Positions 50,094 to 61,158 are shown, counted from the first letter of the stretch. The stretch is 64,000 bases of DNA from an uncultured Candidatus Actinomarina sp. (GCA_902521955.1 CABYTP010000001.1:18097-82096), one strand, 5' to 3'. Notes: a model not told the origin generated them from the sequence alone. Numbers and translations are program-made.

Positions 50094-50680
50094 TTAGTTC
50101 TTCGATAATAAAAAACGCCTATTTTACATCGTCTCAGAATGGTGATATTAAAAAGGTTTTAAAAGAAATTAAATGTGATGTTAATTTTGCAGAGATGAAA
50201 CAAACTCACTCATCAGAAGTAAAAGTTATAAACAAAAAAGGGATATATGATTCTGATGGAATTGAAACAAATACTCAAGACCTTCCATTAGTGGTTCGTG
50301 TTGCCGATTGCATACCAATATTAATGAAGTCAAATAATTTAATTTCTGCCGTACACGCAGGATGGAGGGGTATAAATAACTCAATATTTCAAAAGAGTTT
50401 AAAAAACCATAATTTAAAAAATCTAAAAATTTCTATTGGTCCACATGCTAAAGAATGCTGTTATGAGGTGAAGGAAGATCTAAAACAGCTATTCCCATTT
50501 AGCACAATTGAATTAAATGGAAGATATTACTTAAATCTAAGAAAAAGAATAGAAGAGTTTTGTATTAAGGAAAATATAGAACTTGAAGTATCTCATCTAT
50601 GCACAATATGTGATGATAACTATTATTCCTACAGAAAAACCGGGACACCTCAACGTCAGTTTGGAATTATATGGCAATAA
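50090..50680 (+). CDS. pgeF: YfiH/PgeF laccase-domain (DUF152) purine nucleoside phosphorylase-like protein
   Basis: RVADCIPIL and AVHAGWRG motifs. ATGA overlap with ftsZ. Confidence 0.8.
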   Translation: MISSSIIKNAYFTSSQNGDIKKVLKEIKCDVNFAEMKQTHSSEVKVINKKGIYDSDGIETNTQDLPLVVRVADCIPILMKSNNLISAVHAGWRGINNSIFQKSLKNHNLKNLKISIGPHAKECCYEVKEDLKQLFPFSTIELNGRYYLNLRKRIEEFCIKENIELEVSHLCTICDDNYYSYRKTGTPQRQFGIIWQ

Positions 50681-51288
50681 AAGATAATTTAGTTGATATT
50701 GAAAATGTACTCGTAAAATATAATGCTAAGCTTCTACCCGTAGTCAAAAATCGAAAAGTTGAAGAAGTAAAAGAAATTTATGATTTTGGTTATAGGGAAT
50801 TTGCTGAAAACAGACTTGAAGATTACTACCGTCACATTAGAGAAATAAAAGATGCGCAGTTTCACTTTATAGCTCCATTGCAATCTAGAAAAATTAAGGA
50901 AATAACTTTAAACTTTAAATGGATTCATTCAGTAAGTAGATATAAAGAAATAGAAATAATTAAGGATAATTTCAATGATAATAATTTATTTCTGCAAATT
51001 AATATAGATAATGACTTTAACAAATCGGGAATCAATTTAGATGAAGTTTATGAGTATTTTCAATGTTTAGCTAAATATGACATTCCTCCTGTGGGGCTTA
51101 TGTGTATACCTAATATTGAATCTAATACTAAAAAAGTATTTTCAAAAATGGAAGAAATTAATAGCAACCTAAAAAAAGATTTTAAAAATTATCGAGGTGA
51201 ATTATCAATGGGAATGTCTAATGACTACGAAATCGCTCTTGATTATGGTGCTACAATAATCCGTATCGGAACTAAGATATTTATATAA
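50671..51288 (+). CDS. YggS-family PLP homeostasis protein
   Basis: Alanine racemase N-terminal-like barrel. Positioned between pgeF and sepF. Confidence 0.75.
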   Translation: MAIKDNLVDIENVLVKYNAKLLPVVKNRKVEEVKEIYDFGYREFAENRLEDYYRHIREIKDAQFHFIAPLQSRKIKEITLNFKWIHSVSRYKEIEIIKDNFNDNNLFLQINIDNDFNKSGINLDEVYEYFQCLAKYDIPPVGLMCIPNIESNTKKVFSKMEEINSNLKKDFKNYRGELSMGMSNDYEIALDYGATIIRIGTKIFI

Positions 51289-51725
51289 TGTTAGAAAAAT
51301 TTTTAATCTCCATTGGCTTGAAACAGCCAGAGACATTACCTGATACATATATTGAAAATACTACAACCGTAAGGCCATCAGGAGAAAATAAATTTGTTGA
51401 TGACGAAAACTATTCAGATTTAAGAGTTCATTCACCAAAAGATGAAGTTGAGATTAAAGCTCTGAGATCATTTTCTGAAATACATAGCCTTGGTGTTGCA
51501 ATAAAAGATGAATTCATTGTTGCTATGGACATAAGAGATATTCCAGATCAGTCAGAAAGAAGAAGGATTTTAGATTTTGTTACTGGTATGGCCTTTATGA
51601 GCAATGCTACAATTCGTTCTATAAATAGAGATGGTGTTTTTTTGATTCTTCCAACTAATTCTTCTCTATCTACAGAAGAAAGAGAAAGGCTCCAACAACT
51701 AGGACTATATAGATTAAATGTGTAG
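51288..51725 (+). CDS. sepF: Cell division protein SepF
   Basis: C-terminal DUF552 core RRILDFVTGMAFMSNATIRSINRDGVFLILP. Confidence 0.8.
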   Translation: MLEKFLISIGLKQPETLPDTYIENTTTVRPSGENKFVDDENYSDLRVHSPKDEVEIKALRSFSEIHSLGVAIKDEFIVAMDIRDIPDQSERRRILDFVTGMAFMSNATIRSINRDGVFLILPTNSSLSTEERERLQQLGLYRLNV

Positions 51726-51984
51726 TCTAACCTTTATCATTTTTCGAATTTTCTATTACAGTCTATTTGCTTGGATTATTCTAAGTTGGATTCAAGTACC
51801 TTACGACCATCCAATAGGGCAAATAAAAAGCTACCTAGATAAGTATTTTGAAAAAGTACTAGCACCAATAAGGAATAGGGTACCTGTTTTAAGAATTGGA
51901 ATGGCTGGTATTGACCTCTCACCATTAATTTTAATTATAGGTTTTAATTTTTTACAACCATATATTTTACGAATCGTTTGTTGA
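51718..51984 (+). CDS. YggT-family membrane protein
   Basis: 88 aa with two TM segments. Positioned after sepF. Confidence 0.7.
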   Translation: MCSLTFIIFRIFYYSLFAWIILSWIQVPYDHPIGQIKSYLDKYFEKVLAPIRNRVPVLRIGMAGIDLSPLILIIGFNFLQPYILRIVC

Positions 51985-54900
51985 TTTATTTATAAAAATA
52001 TCAATTTTTCTATTTAGAATTTCATTTTTCCCGTCACTCTTTTTGATTACAAGGTCAAGTGACAAAGTTTCACTCATAACATAAGATTCATGTTTATTAA
52101 TTGATTGAATTACAAAATCATCTTTAGTGTGAACTTGTAATTCAATCCTATCTGTAACATCTAATCCTGTATCTTTTCTAGCTTGTTGAATAGTTGATAC
52201 CAGTTCTCTAGAGAATCTTTCCATTAGAAGATCATCATTTAAATCTGTATCTAAATAAATCAAAAAGTCATCAACAATATCTTGATTTGGTAAATCTTTT
52301 TTTGGTTTTAACTGAATTTCTATATCTTCGTTTTGAAGTTCAGTACCATCAATTGAAATTGTTTTAAGGTCCAATATTTTTATACTCTCTTCGGGACTAA
52401 GATTTTTTAATTTTTTTGCAATATTTCCAACTTGTTCACCCAATCTCGGACCCAATTTCTTGTAATCTGGTTTAAAAATATAGTCAACCCATTGGTTTAT
52501 TTGAACATCAAATTCTACATTTTTTACATTTATTTCATTTTTTATCAAGTCGCTTATATTTGAAAGACGTTTTTCAATTTTTTTGTCATTAGTTACAATT
52601 TTTACAGAATTTAGTGGTTGCTTATTTGGAAGTTTTAACTTAACTCTTAAGTTCCTAACACTTTTAATTACTTTTTTTGCTAATTCAATATCATCTTCAA
52701 GTTCAAGATCAATTAGGTTTTGATTAGATATAGGATAATTCTCATAATGTATACTTCCATTCTTTTCATCATTTAAACCTTGGTATATTTTTTCACAAAT
52801 AAATGGCAACACTGGCGCCATTGATTTTGTAAATTCAGTTAGAACCTCATGAAGAGTTTTAAAAGCATTTATTTTATCAATATCATTCTCATCTTTTTCC
52901 TTCCAAAATCTTTTTCTATTTGACCTCACATACCAATTCGTGAGTTCTTCAACAAAATTCATAAGCGGGGGAATAACTTCGTAAAGATAGTAGTTTTCCA
53001 TTTTTTCATTTACTGTCTTAATTAATGATTGAAGAGATGAGATAATCCATCTATCCATCATTGCTCTTTCTTCTACTGGTAAAGCTTTTTCTAAATCCTT
53101 AAATGTAATTTGATCAGCATTTGCATAGGTTGAGAAAAAAGAAAAACTATTCCACAATGGAAGAATTATATTTCTAGTTACTAGTTGAACCCCTTCTTCA
53201 GAAAATTTTAATGGTTCACCCCTAACTACTGGTGAATTAATTAAGTATGCTCGCAAACTATCACCACCATAAGTGTTAAGTAATTCCTCCGGATCAGGAT
53301 AGTTTTTTAAACTTTTACTCATCTTTCTACCATCTTCAGCAAGTATCATTCCTGTTGTTATACAATTTTTAAAAGCAACAGAGTCAAATAAAGCAACAGC
53401 TAAGACCGTTAGTGTATAAAACCATCCACGTGTTTGATCTAAACCTTCTGCAATAAAATCAGCAGGAAATCCCTTATTAAAATCATCTTCATTTTCAAAT
53501 GGATAGTGTTGTTGACCATACGGCATAGATCCTGATTCAAACCAGCAATCAAGAACTTCAGTGGTTCTTCGATAAGTTTTTCCATCAATTTCAATTTCTA
53601 GATCATCAAGAAAATGTCTGTGCAAATCAGTTATTTTTTCATTTGTTAATTTTTCAAGTTCTTCAACTGAACCAATACATATTTTGTCAGATGAATCATC
53701 AACATTAATCCATACAGGGATACAGCTTCCCCAGTATCTATTTCTACTTATTGCCCAATCTCTTGCGTTCCCAAGCCAATTTGAAAATCTTTTATCTCCA
53801 ATAAATCCTGGAACCCAGTGCGTAGACTTATTAAGTTCAACCATCCTATCTCTTATTTTTTCAACACTTACAAACCAAGTAGGTATAGCTTTATAAATTA
53901 ATGGTGTTCCTGTTCTCCAACAAAATGGGTAAGAATGCATTTCTGTTTTTTTGCTAAAGAGATTACCCCTCTCTTGAAGCTGGTCCATAATAATTTTATC
54001 TGCGTCTTTTACATTAAGATTTTCTAATTCAGAAAATGTACTATCAAATTTTCCTGATAATGTGACTGGGTCAGCAATTACTTCAATACCAGAATTTTTA
54101 AGGGCATAGAAATCACTTTCTCCATATGCGGGAGCTTGGGATACTAAACCTGATCCGGATTCAGTATTTGTATCGTCACTGTGAATTAACCTGAACGCAC
54201 CATCATCAAAAAGATGTTCGTACTCAGAATAAGCTGGTACGTATGTAGCACCTACTAATTCTGAACCAATGCATTCCTCAATAATCTCAACGTCATAATT
54301 ATCTAATTCAATGACCCTTTCGGTAGCAATCCAGTAAACACTGTTTCCAATTTTGACTCTTGTATAGTTAATATCTTTTCCAATAGCGATTGCTAAATTT
54401 CCGGGAATGCACCAGGGGGTTGTAGTCCAAATTAAAAATTTATCTCCTTTACTGACTTTTTTGAAATCTTCCCTTGCTTCAAGGGTAAAGTAAATTGAAG
54501 GATCTTCTACATCTCTATAATCCATATTTGCTTCAAAATTAGATAGAGGTGTTGATGCTGCCCATGAATATGGTAAAACTTTATAATCTTGATATATTAA
54601 ATCTTTTTCCCAAAGCTCTTTAAACACCCACCACACGCTCTCCATAAAATCAATATCCATAGTTTTATAATCATTTTCGAAATCAACCCACCTACCAATC
54701 TTTCTGGTAATCCTTTCCCAGTTTTCAGTATTTGTTTGAACTTGAGTTCTACATGCTTCGTTAAACTTATCAATACCGTATTCATCAATTTGTTGGGGAT
54801 CCTCTAAATTAAGTTTCTTTTGGACTTCCATTTCAATAGGAAGACCATGAACATCCCATCCAAACCTTCTCTCTACGTAATAACCTCGCATCGTCCAATA

Positions 54901-55110
54901 TCTTGGAACAATATCTTTTATTACACCTGCTAATAAGTTTCCATAGTGAGGGCTACCAGTTGGAAATGGAGGACCATCATAAAACCTAAAAACTTCCTGG
55001 TCTTTTCTGTTATCTAATGAGGTTTGAAATGCTTGAATTGTATCCCAATAATCTGAAATTTCCGTTTCAACAGCGGCTAAGTTTATATTTGTATCAACTC
55101 TTTTAAACAT
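51967..55110 (-). CDS. ileS: Isoleucine--tRNA ligase (type 2, eukaryote-like)
   Basis: HIGH region PPFPTGSPHYGNLL and KMSKS as KMSKSLKN. 1047 aa. Confidence 0.95.
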   Translation of the reverse strand: MFKRVDTNINLAAVETEISDYWDTIQAFQTSLDNRKDQEVFRFYDGPPFPTGSPHYGNLLAGVIKDIVPRYWTMRGYYVERRFGWDVHGLPIEMEVQKKLNLEDPQQIDEYGIDKFNEACRTQVQTNTENWERITRKIGRWVDFENDYKTMDIDFMESVWWVFKELWEKDLIYQDYKVLPYSWAASTPLSNFEANMDYRDVEDPSIYFTLEAREDFKKVSKGDKFLIWTTTPWCIPGNLAIAIGKDINYTRVKIGNSVYWIATERVIELDNYDVEIIEECIGSELVGATYVPAYSEYEHLFDDGAFRLIHSDDTNTESGSGLVSQAPAYGESDFYALKNSGIEVIADPVTLSGKFDSTFSELENLNVKDADKIIMDQLQERGNLFSKKTEMHSYPFCWRTGTPLIYKAIPTWFVSVEKIRDRMVELNKSTHWVPGFIGDKRFSNWLGNARDWAISRNRYWGSCIPVWINVDDSSDKICIGSVEELEKLTNEKITDLHRHFLDDLEIEIDGKTYRRTTEVLDCWFESGSMPYGQQHYPFENEDDFNKGFPADFIAEGLDQTRGWFYTLTVLAVALFDSVAFKNCITTGMILAEDGRKMSKSLKNYPDPEELLNTYGGDSLRAYLINSPVVRGEPLKFSEEGVQLVTRNIILPLWNSFSFFSTYANADQITFKDLEKALPVEERAMMDRWIISSLQSLIKTVNEKMENYYLYEVIPPLMNFVEELTNWYVRSNRKRFWKEKDENDIDKINAFKTLHEVLTEFTKSMAPVLPFICEKIYQGLNDEKNGSIHYENYPISNQNLIDLELEDDIELAKKVIKSVRNLRVKLKLPNKQPLNSVKIVTNDKKIEKRLSNISDLIKNEINVKNVEFDVQINQWVDYIFKPDYKKLGPRLGEQVGNIAKKLKNLSPEESIKILDLKTISIDGTELQNEDIEIQLKPKKDLPNQDIVDDFLIYLDTDLNDDLLMERFSRELVSTIQQARKDTGLDVTDRIELQVHTKDDFVIQSINKHESYVMSETLSLDLVIKKSDGKNEILNRKIDIFINKSTNDS

Positions 55111-55230
55111 ATTCTTGAATTTTAAAGGTTTTCCTATACAAACAGAGTAAATAATAAAGAATTAAAATATTTTTAAATTTGTTTATTTTAATTTTAAAAA
55201 GAGTAATATACATTCAATAAAACAAACATT

Positions 55231-55608
55231 ATGGCAAGAAAATTATCAACAAATACTGTAAATAAATTCAAGAAGAAGCTTTTGGCTGAAAAAGAACAGC
55301 TCACATCAATTCTTGAACACCACCAGCAGGAGAGAGAAAATATAAGACTTTCAGAAGCCTCTGCAGAAAGAAGCCCAGACCCAACATCTGCAGACGGTGG
55401 TTCAATGGCTTTTGAGCTTGAAAAGGAACTTACTTTAGATGAAAATACTCGACACTTACTAAATCAAGTCGAACATGCTCTAGTTATGATTAAAAAAAAG
55501 AAATATGGCATTTGTGAGAATTGTGGAGAACCAATTCCTGTTGCTAGATTAGAAGCTTTACCTTACTCTACTATTTGTAAAAATTGCGCACTTTTAATTG
55601 AATCTTAA
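55231..55608 (+). CDS. DksA/TraR-family C4 zinc-finger protein
   Basis: C-terminal CENCGEPIP...CKNCA zinc finger and an N-terminal coiled coil. Confidence 0.75.
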   Translation: MARKLSTNTVNKFKKKLLAEKEQLTSILEHHQQERENIRLSEASAERSPDPTSADGGSMAFELEKELTLDENTRHLLNQVEHALVMIKKKKYGICENCGEPIPVARLEALPYSTICKNCALLIES

Positions 55609-56056
55609 AAAATTTCTTCTTCCTTACTTCTACGCTTCTGTTATTGCTGCTTTAGATCTTTATATAAAATATTTAATAAGAACTTATAATATCCAAGAAA
55701 ACGTCATTATTGAAAATTTTTTAACAATTGATTTAACTTATAACACAGGAATAGCATTCGGTTTGTTTAGCGAATATACTTTGGTGACATATTTTTTCTC
55801 AGTTATTGTTTTTTCCTGGTTAATTTTTCAATTCAGAAATGTAAAACAAAATACTATTGAGTTTTATTCTTTAATTTTGATTCTTGGTGGAGCTATTGGT
55901 AATTTGGGAGAACGAGGATGGAATTTAATATTTAATAACAATGGTAAAGTTACAGACTTTGTTGAGTTGTTATTTATTCCAAGCTTCAATCTTGCAGATA
56001 CATATATAACTTTTGGTATATGTTTTCTTTTATTTTCGGAGATTAAAAATAAATAA
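55598..56056 (+). CDS. lspA: Lipoprotein signal peptidase II
   Basis: Four TM segments with NTGIAFG and FNLADTYITFG motifs. Confidence 0.85.
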   Translation: MNLKKFLLPYFYASVIAALDLYIKYLIRTYNIQENVIIENFLTIDLTYNTGIAFGLFSEYTLVTYFFSVIVFSWLIFQFRNVKQNTIEFYSLILILGGAIGNLGERGWNLIFNNNGKVTDFVELLFIPSFNLADTYITFGICFLLFSEIKNK

Positions 56057-56714
56057 CATACTTATTGAATTTGAATGTGATGACTTTGTAATTGTAAATA
56101 AGCCTCACGGAATATTATCTCATCCAACACATACCTCTAAAGAGCATACTGTAAGTGACTTCCTTAAGGATAAATACAACCTTAGTGGAGTAGGAGATGT
56201 TGGCCGAGAGGGAATTGTCCATAGATTAGATCGTGTTACAACAGGATTAATGATATGTCCTATTAAAGATGAATCATTCATTTTATTTAAAAAAATGTTT
56301 CAAGATCGTGATATAAAAAAATATTATAAAGCATTGGTAGAAGGTAATTTACCCAGTAAAACAGGTGAAATTGAACTTCCCCTAAAACGATCAAGTAAAA
56401 ATAGAAAAAAGCGTGAAGTTAATAAAGACGGAAAAAAAGCAATCACAAAATATTCAACTATTTTACAAAAAGATACCCTCTCTCTCATTGATATCGAACT
56501 AATTACTGGAAGAAACCATCAAATTAGAGCTCATTTTGAATACTTAGGAAATTCAGTTATGAACGATGTTTTATACGGAGCAAAGAAAAATGGTTTTTTA
56601 GAATCCGATGTTATTTGTTTGCAGTCTTATAGATTAAATTTTATTTTTAAAGAAAAAAATTATAATTTTCATATTGAGGAACCAAAATATTTTACTTCAA
56701 TAATTAATATGTAA
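56013..56714 (+). CDS. RluA-family pseudouridine synthase (no S4 domain)
   Basis: Catalytic HRLDRVTTGLMI motif. A start at the ATG at 56013 would overlap lspA by 44 nt; the true start may be a downstream non-ATG codon. Confidence 0.75.
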   Translation: MVYVFFYFRRLKINNILIEFECDDFVIVNKPHGILSHPTHTSKEHTVSDFLKDKYNLSGVGDVGREGIVHRLDRVTTGLMICPIKDESFILFKKMFQDRDIKKYYKALVEGNLPSKTGEIELPLKRSSKNRKKREVNKDGKKAITKYSTILQKDTLSLIDIELITGRNHQIRAHFEYLGNSVMNDVLYGAKKNGFLESDVICLQSYRLNFIFKEKNYNFHIEEPKYFTSIINM

Positions 56715-56742
56715 TTTTATTAAAAAACTTTACAATATATTT

Positions 56743-59700
56743 ATGACTAAATCTTTTGTACACCTTCATGCACATACTGAGTACTCCATGCTTGATGGTG
56801 CTGCTAAAATTAATGATTATCTAAAGAAAGTAAAAGAACTTAAACAACCTGCTGCTGCAATTACAGATCACGGCAATCTTTACGGTGCTCTAGAGTTCGT
56901 TCGTCAAGCGGACTCATTAGGAATAAAACCAATTATTGGATATGAAGCATATGTAACACCTGGATCAAGATTTGATAGGCCTAATAGAGATAACAATAAA
57001 AGATATCATCTAACTCTTTTAGCTGAAAATAATAAAGGATATCAAAATCTAGTTGAATTAGTTAGTAAAGCATATTTAGAAGGCTTTTATTACAAACCTC
57101 GTGTTGATTATGAATTATTGGCAGAACACTCTGAAGGGATTATAGCTTTGTCAGGATGCCTTGGTGGTGAAGTTGCTCAGCATTTAGCACCTGATGGATC
57201 AAAAGAAGAAGGAAATATTAAAAATGAGAAAAGTTACAAAAAAGCCTTAGAGAAAGCAAAAAATTATCAAGATATATTTGGTAAAGATAACTTCTTTATC
57301 GAAATTCATAATCATGGAATCACACAACAGTTAGAAATATTAGATGATTTAGTAAATATTTCAAAAGAGTTAGGAGCTCCACTAGTTGCTTCGAATGATT
57401 CACACTACGTAGCACAAGAAGATTCTTCTGCACATGATGCTCTATTGTGTGTTCAAACAAATGCGACAATGGAGGATGAAGATAGATTTAAATTTGATGG
57501 GGAAGAGTACTTTGTTAAATCTTCAGAAGAAATGAGAAAATTATTTCCAGATGAAAAATTTCCAGATGCTTGTGAAAATACTTTAAAAATAGCTAATAGG
57601 GTTGCTTATGATTTCGACTTCGATAAAGATTACTTACCAGATTTCCCAGTTGAGGATGATTCTTTATCCGCCGAAGAATATCTAAGAAAAAAAGTTTTAA
57701 TTGGAGCGGAAGAAAAATATCAAGACATTAACTCAGAAATACAAGAAAGAATTGACTATGAGTTAGAAGTTATTAATTCAATGGGTTTTGCATCTTATTT
57801 TTTAATTGTTGGTGATTTAATTGATTTTGCAAAATCTAAAAGTATTAGAACAGGTGCTGGAAGAGGTTCAGCAGCGGGTTCAATAGTTTCTTATTGTTTA
57901 GGAATAACTGGTATCGAACCTTTAAAGTATGGATTAATTTTTGAGAGATTTTTAAATAAAGGAAGAAAGTCTTTACCTGACATTGATATGGATTTTGATG
58001 AAAGATACAGAGGAGACGTTATCCAGTATGCAGTTGAGAAATACGGCAAAGATAGAGTTGCACACATTGTTACTTTTGCAACTATCAAAGCAAAACAAGC
58101 CATTAGAGATTCAGCAAGAGTATTAGGCTTACCCTTTTCAAGTGGTGATAAGGTTGCAAAGATGATGCCACCCATGATTCTTGGTAACACAGCCACAATT
58201 TCAGAGTGTTTACAATTAGATGAAGATAATGTAAGTGGTTATAGTAAAGAATTCTATTCGGCTTCTGAAGAATTGAGATTGGAATATAAAAATAATGAAG
58301 AAGTAAAAAAAATTATTGATATTGCTCTAGGCCTAGAAGGATTAAGAAGACAGGATGGAATCCACGCTGCAGCAATTGTGATTTCTCCAGACAAAATAAC
58401 AAATTTTTTACCTATACAACAAAAAGGTGAAAATGCTGAGATTGTTACACAATATGAGATGCATACAGTTGAGCAACTTGGGCTTCTTAAGATGGACTTT
58501 CTTGGTTTGAGAAATTTATCAATTATTGATAGAACTTTAAAGTTAATTAATAACGAAAATTTAGATTTTGATAATTTAAAACTAGATGATGAAAAAACTT
58601 TTAAATTATTTTCAGAAGGTAAGATGACAGGTGTCTTTCAGTTAGAAAGTAGAGTAGCTCAATCTGTATCAAGAAATCTTAATCCGAAAAGATTTGAAGA
58701 TATTGTTGCTCTTGTTGCTCTAATCCGCCCAGGTCCATTAGGTGCTGGTATGCATAATGAATTTGCCGATAGAGCTAATTTGCGTAAAGAAATTCAATAT
58801 TTACATCCTGACCTAGAAGAGGTACTCGAGGAGACATATGGTGTCATTCTATATCAAGAGCAAGTAATGCAAATAGCTCAGAAAGTTGCTGGATTCGATT
58901 TACAAGAAGCTGATAACTTAAGGGTAGCAATGGGAAAAAAGATTCCTCAAGTCATGGAAGAGCAAAGGAAAAAATTTACTGACGGAGCTGTTGACAATAA
59001 TTATTCAGAACAGTTCGCCATCGAAGTTTTTGATCAGATTGCTTATTTTGCAGGTTATGGATTTAATAAGAGTCACTCAGTTCCTTATGCTCTGCTTGCA
59101 TATCAAACTGCTTACTTAAAGGCTAATTTTCCAGCTGAGTACATAGCAGCGTCACTTACAGCTGTAAAAAGAGATAAAGATAGAACTGCAATCTTTTTAG
59201 CTGAAGCAAGGGAGATGGGAGTAAATGTGTCAACACCAGACATTAATCTAAGCTCAGCAGATTTTACTGTTAACGGCAATGAAATTTTGTTCGGCTTATC
59301 TGCTGTAAGGAATGTAGGGGATATAACTGCTGACAAGATTGTCCAAGAGAGAAGTGAAAATGGTAATTTTGAATCAGTAGAAGAATTTTTATCAAGAATA
59401 GATTCTAGATCTCTTAACAAGAGAGGAATTGAAGCTTTAATTCAAGGTGGTGGTTTTGATAAATTTGGTCACACCCGAAAGGGTCTTTTCCAATCTTGTA
59501 TTGACCTTATTGAAGATGCTAAAAATTTAAAATCTGAAAGAGCAAATAATCAAGGGTCTTTATTTAACTTGGAAGATCATAGTTCTAACCAAACTAGTAT
59601 TTCAAAAACAGAATGGGCAAAAAAAGAATTATTAGAACGTGAAAGAGAAATGTTGGGCTTCTTTGTTAGTGAAGATCCCCTTGATGGCTATGGGGACGTT

Positions 59701-60246
59701 CTTAAGTCTGAATCAACTCATTCAATTATCGAATTACTCAATACTGAAGAAGATCAAGAAGATGAGTTAAATGTTGTAATTGCAGGACTGATTTCTAATG
59801 TTCAAAAAAGAGTATCAAGAAGAGGAAATCCTTGGATACAGTTTGATTTACAGGATGTGACTGGTTCGACAGGTGTTCTATTATTTAATAAGTTAGTAGA
59901 TAAATATAATTCTTCAGTAGATGGCGAAATATATTTGAAAGTATCAGGAACCTATGTAGGAGGTACAGAAAATATTATTAGAGCTAGAGACATACAAGTA
60001 ATTGACCCATCAAAAATGATTGAAAATCTAGATACTTCACCTTTAAGAATTGCTGTTGATACGAATAAACTTGATAAAAATAACATGATACTTCTTAGAG
60101 AATTACTTGAGAAACATCCAGGTCTATCCGACGTTGAGTTAGAAGTCACCGATTCCTCAGGCACAAGACTTATGCAGCTAAATGAAATAAGAGTTAAAAA
60201 AACAAACCAACTCAAAAATGAAATTAGTACATTGCTTTCAAACTAA
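56743..60246 (+). CDS. dnaE: DNA polymerase III alpha subunit
   Basis: N-terminal PHP domain FVHLHAHTEYSMLDG, polymerase core, and C-terminal OB domain. 1167 aa. Confidence 0.95.
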   Translation: MTKSFVHLHAHTEYSMLDGAAKINDYLKKVKELKQPAAAITDHGNLYGALEFVRQADSLGIKPIIGYEAYVTPGSRFDRPNRDNNKRYHLTLLAENNKGYQNLVELVSKAYLEGFYYKPRVDYELLAEHSEGIIALSGCLGGEVAQHLAPDGSKEEGNIKNEKSYKKALEKAKNYQDIFGKDNFFIEIHNHGITQQLEILDDLVNISKELGAPLVASNDSHYVAQEDSSAHDALLCVQTNATMEDEDRFKFDGEEYFVKSSEEMRKLFPDEKFPDACENTLKIANRVAYDFDFDKDYLPDFPVEDDSLSAEEYLRKKVLIGAEEKYQDINSEIQERIDYELEVINSMGFASYFLIVGDLIDFAKSKSIRTGAGRGSAAGSIVSYCLGITGIEPLKYGLIFERFLNKGRKSLPDIDMDFDERYRGDVIQYAVEKYGKDRVAHIVTFATIKAKQAIRDSARVLGLPFSSGDKVAKMMPPMILGNTATISECLQLDEDNVSGYSKEFYSASEELRLEYKNNEEVKKIIDIALGLEGLRRQDGIHAAAIVISPDKITNFLPIQQKGENAEIVTQYEMHTVEQLGLLKMDFLGLRNLSIIDRTLKLINNENLDFDNLKLDDEKTFKLFSEGKMTGVFQLESRVAQSVSRNLNPKRFEDIVALVALIRPGPLGAGMHNEFADRANLRKEIQYLHPDLEEVLEETYGVILYQEQVMQIAQKVAGFDLQEADNLRVAMGKKIPQVMEEQRKKFTDGAVDNNYSEQFAIEVFDQIAYFAGYGFNKSHSVPYALLAYQTAYLKANFPAEYIAASLTAVKRDKDRTAIFLAEAREMGVNVSTPDINLSSADFTVNGNEILFGLSAVRNVGDITADKIVQERSENGNFESVEEFLSRIDSRSLNKRGIEALIQGGGFDKFGHTRKGLFQSCIDLIEDAKNLKSERANNQGSLFNLEDHSSNQTSISKTEWAKKELLEREREMLGFFVSEDPLDGYGDVLKSESTHSIIELLNTEEDQEDELNVVIAGLISNVQKRVSRRGNPWIQFDLQDVTGSTGVLLFNKLVDKYNSSVDGEIYLKVSGTYVGGTENIIRARDIQVIDPSKMIENLDTSPLRIAVDTNKLDKNNMILLRELLEKHPGLSDVELEVTDSSGTRLMQLNEIRVKKTNQLKNEISTLLSN

Positions 60247-60260
60247 CTATTATTTAAATT

Positions 60261-60470
60261 ATGAGTTTTAATGTAGATGAGTTTATAGCTCGATATGAAG
60301 AACGTGCAGAAGCAGTAAAAAAAAGATCTATACCTCCAGTTGGAGGAGATGATCGAATGGCTTTTATTAAACAAGCTGAATCAGACTATCAAGATTTTAT
60401 GATGATCGCTGATTCAGAAGTAGAGATAACAGAAGAGTATTTAATTTTTAAATACAAGTTAGATAATTAA
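60261..60470 (+). CDS. Small acidic hypothetical protein
   Basis: 69-aa ORF directly after dnaE. Its stop overlaps the thyX stop convergently. No homology recognised. Confidence 0.3.
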   Translation: MSFNVDEFIARYEERAEAVKKRSIPPVGGDDRMAFIKQAESDYQDFMMIADSEVEITEEYLIFKYKLDN

Positions 60471-61129
60471 CTTAAGGTTTTTCCCATTGGGAAAATTTTA
60501 TTGATTACTTCCGCACACGCAATTGCTATCTCCATGTGTTCTTTTTGTGTACCATTTGCAGATCTAAGTTCAATATAATGTATCCAGCTTCTTAGGGTTC
60601 CATTCATGTAAAGACGACTAACAGTGTTGCCCTCTGGAAGAACGGACCTAGCCTGTTCTTTTGCAATTCCATTTTCAATTGCCCAATTGTATACATTTGT
60701 AGCTTCACTAATCAAATTCTCCTGTTTTTCTTTCCATGTTTTTGTAATCTCTACGTCTTTGTTCTCAATTGAATTTTGTCTATTTTTAGGGTCTTGTAGA
60801 CGAGCATCTCTAATTATAAATTCCAAATCTTTAACAGGATTTGCATATCTTTGACTGAATTCTTGAAAACTGAATGATCTATGCCTCAACATTTGCCTAG
60901 CAATGTCTCTAGTTGTTTCTATCTCTATACAAGCACTAACCATTTCAAGGGGTGACCAATGTGCATTTTTGATTAGATACTTAATTAATTTTTCACTTGT
61001 CTCAGTGTTTAATTGGTTTGAAGGGTTTGAAACTCGAGCACAAAACGCAACAAGTTCTTGGGCATTGTCAATTCCATCACTTGCTATATCTTCTGTTGGT
61101 TTGGAATAACTTATTAATTTAACTTTCAT
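60467..61129 (-). CDS. thyX: FAD-dependent thymidylate synthase
   Basis: ThyX signature RHRSFSFQEFSQRY (RHRxxSxxxxSxRY). Confidence 0.9.
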   Translation of the reverse strand: MKVKLISYSKPTEDIASDGIDNAQELVAFCARVSNPSNQLNTETSEKLIKYLIKNAHWSPLEMVSACIEIETTRDIARQMLRHRSFSFQEFSQRYANPVKDLEFIIRDARLQDPKNRQNSIENKDVEITKTWKEKQENLISEATNVYNWAIENGIAKEQARSVLPEGNTVSRLYMNGTLRSWIHYIELRSANGTQKEHMEIAIACAEVINKIFPMGKTLS

Positions 61130-61158
61130 TTATGTAACTATATTAAAATATAAAAAAT

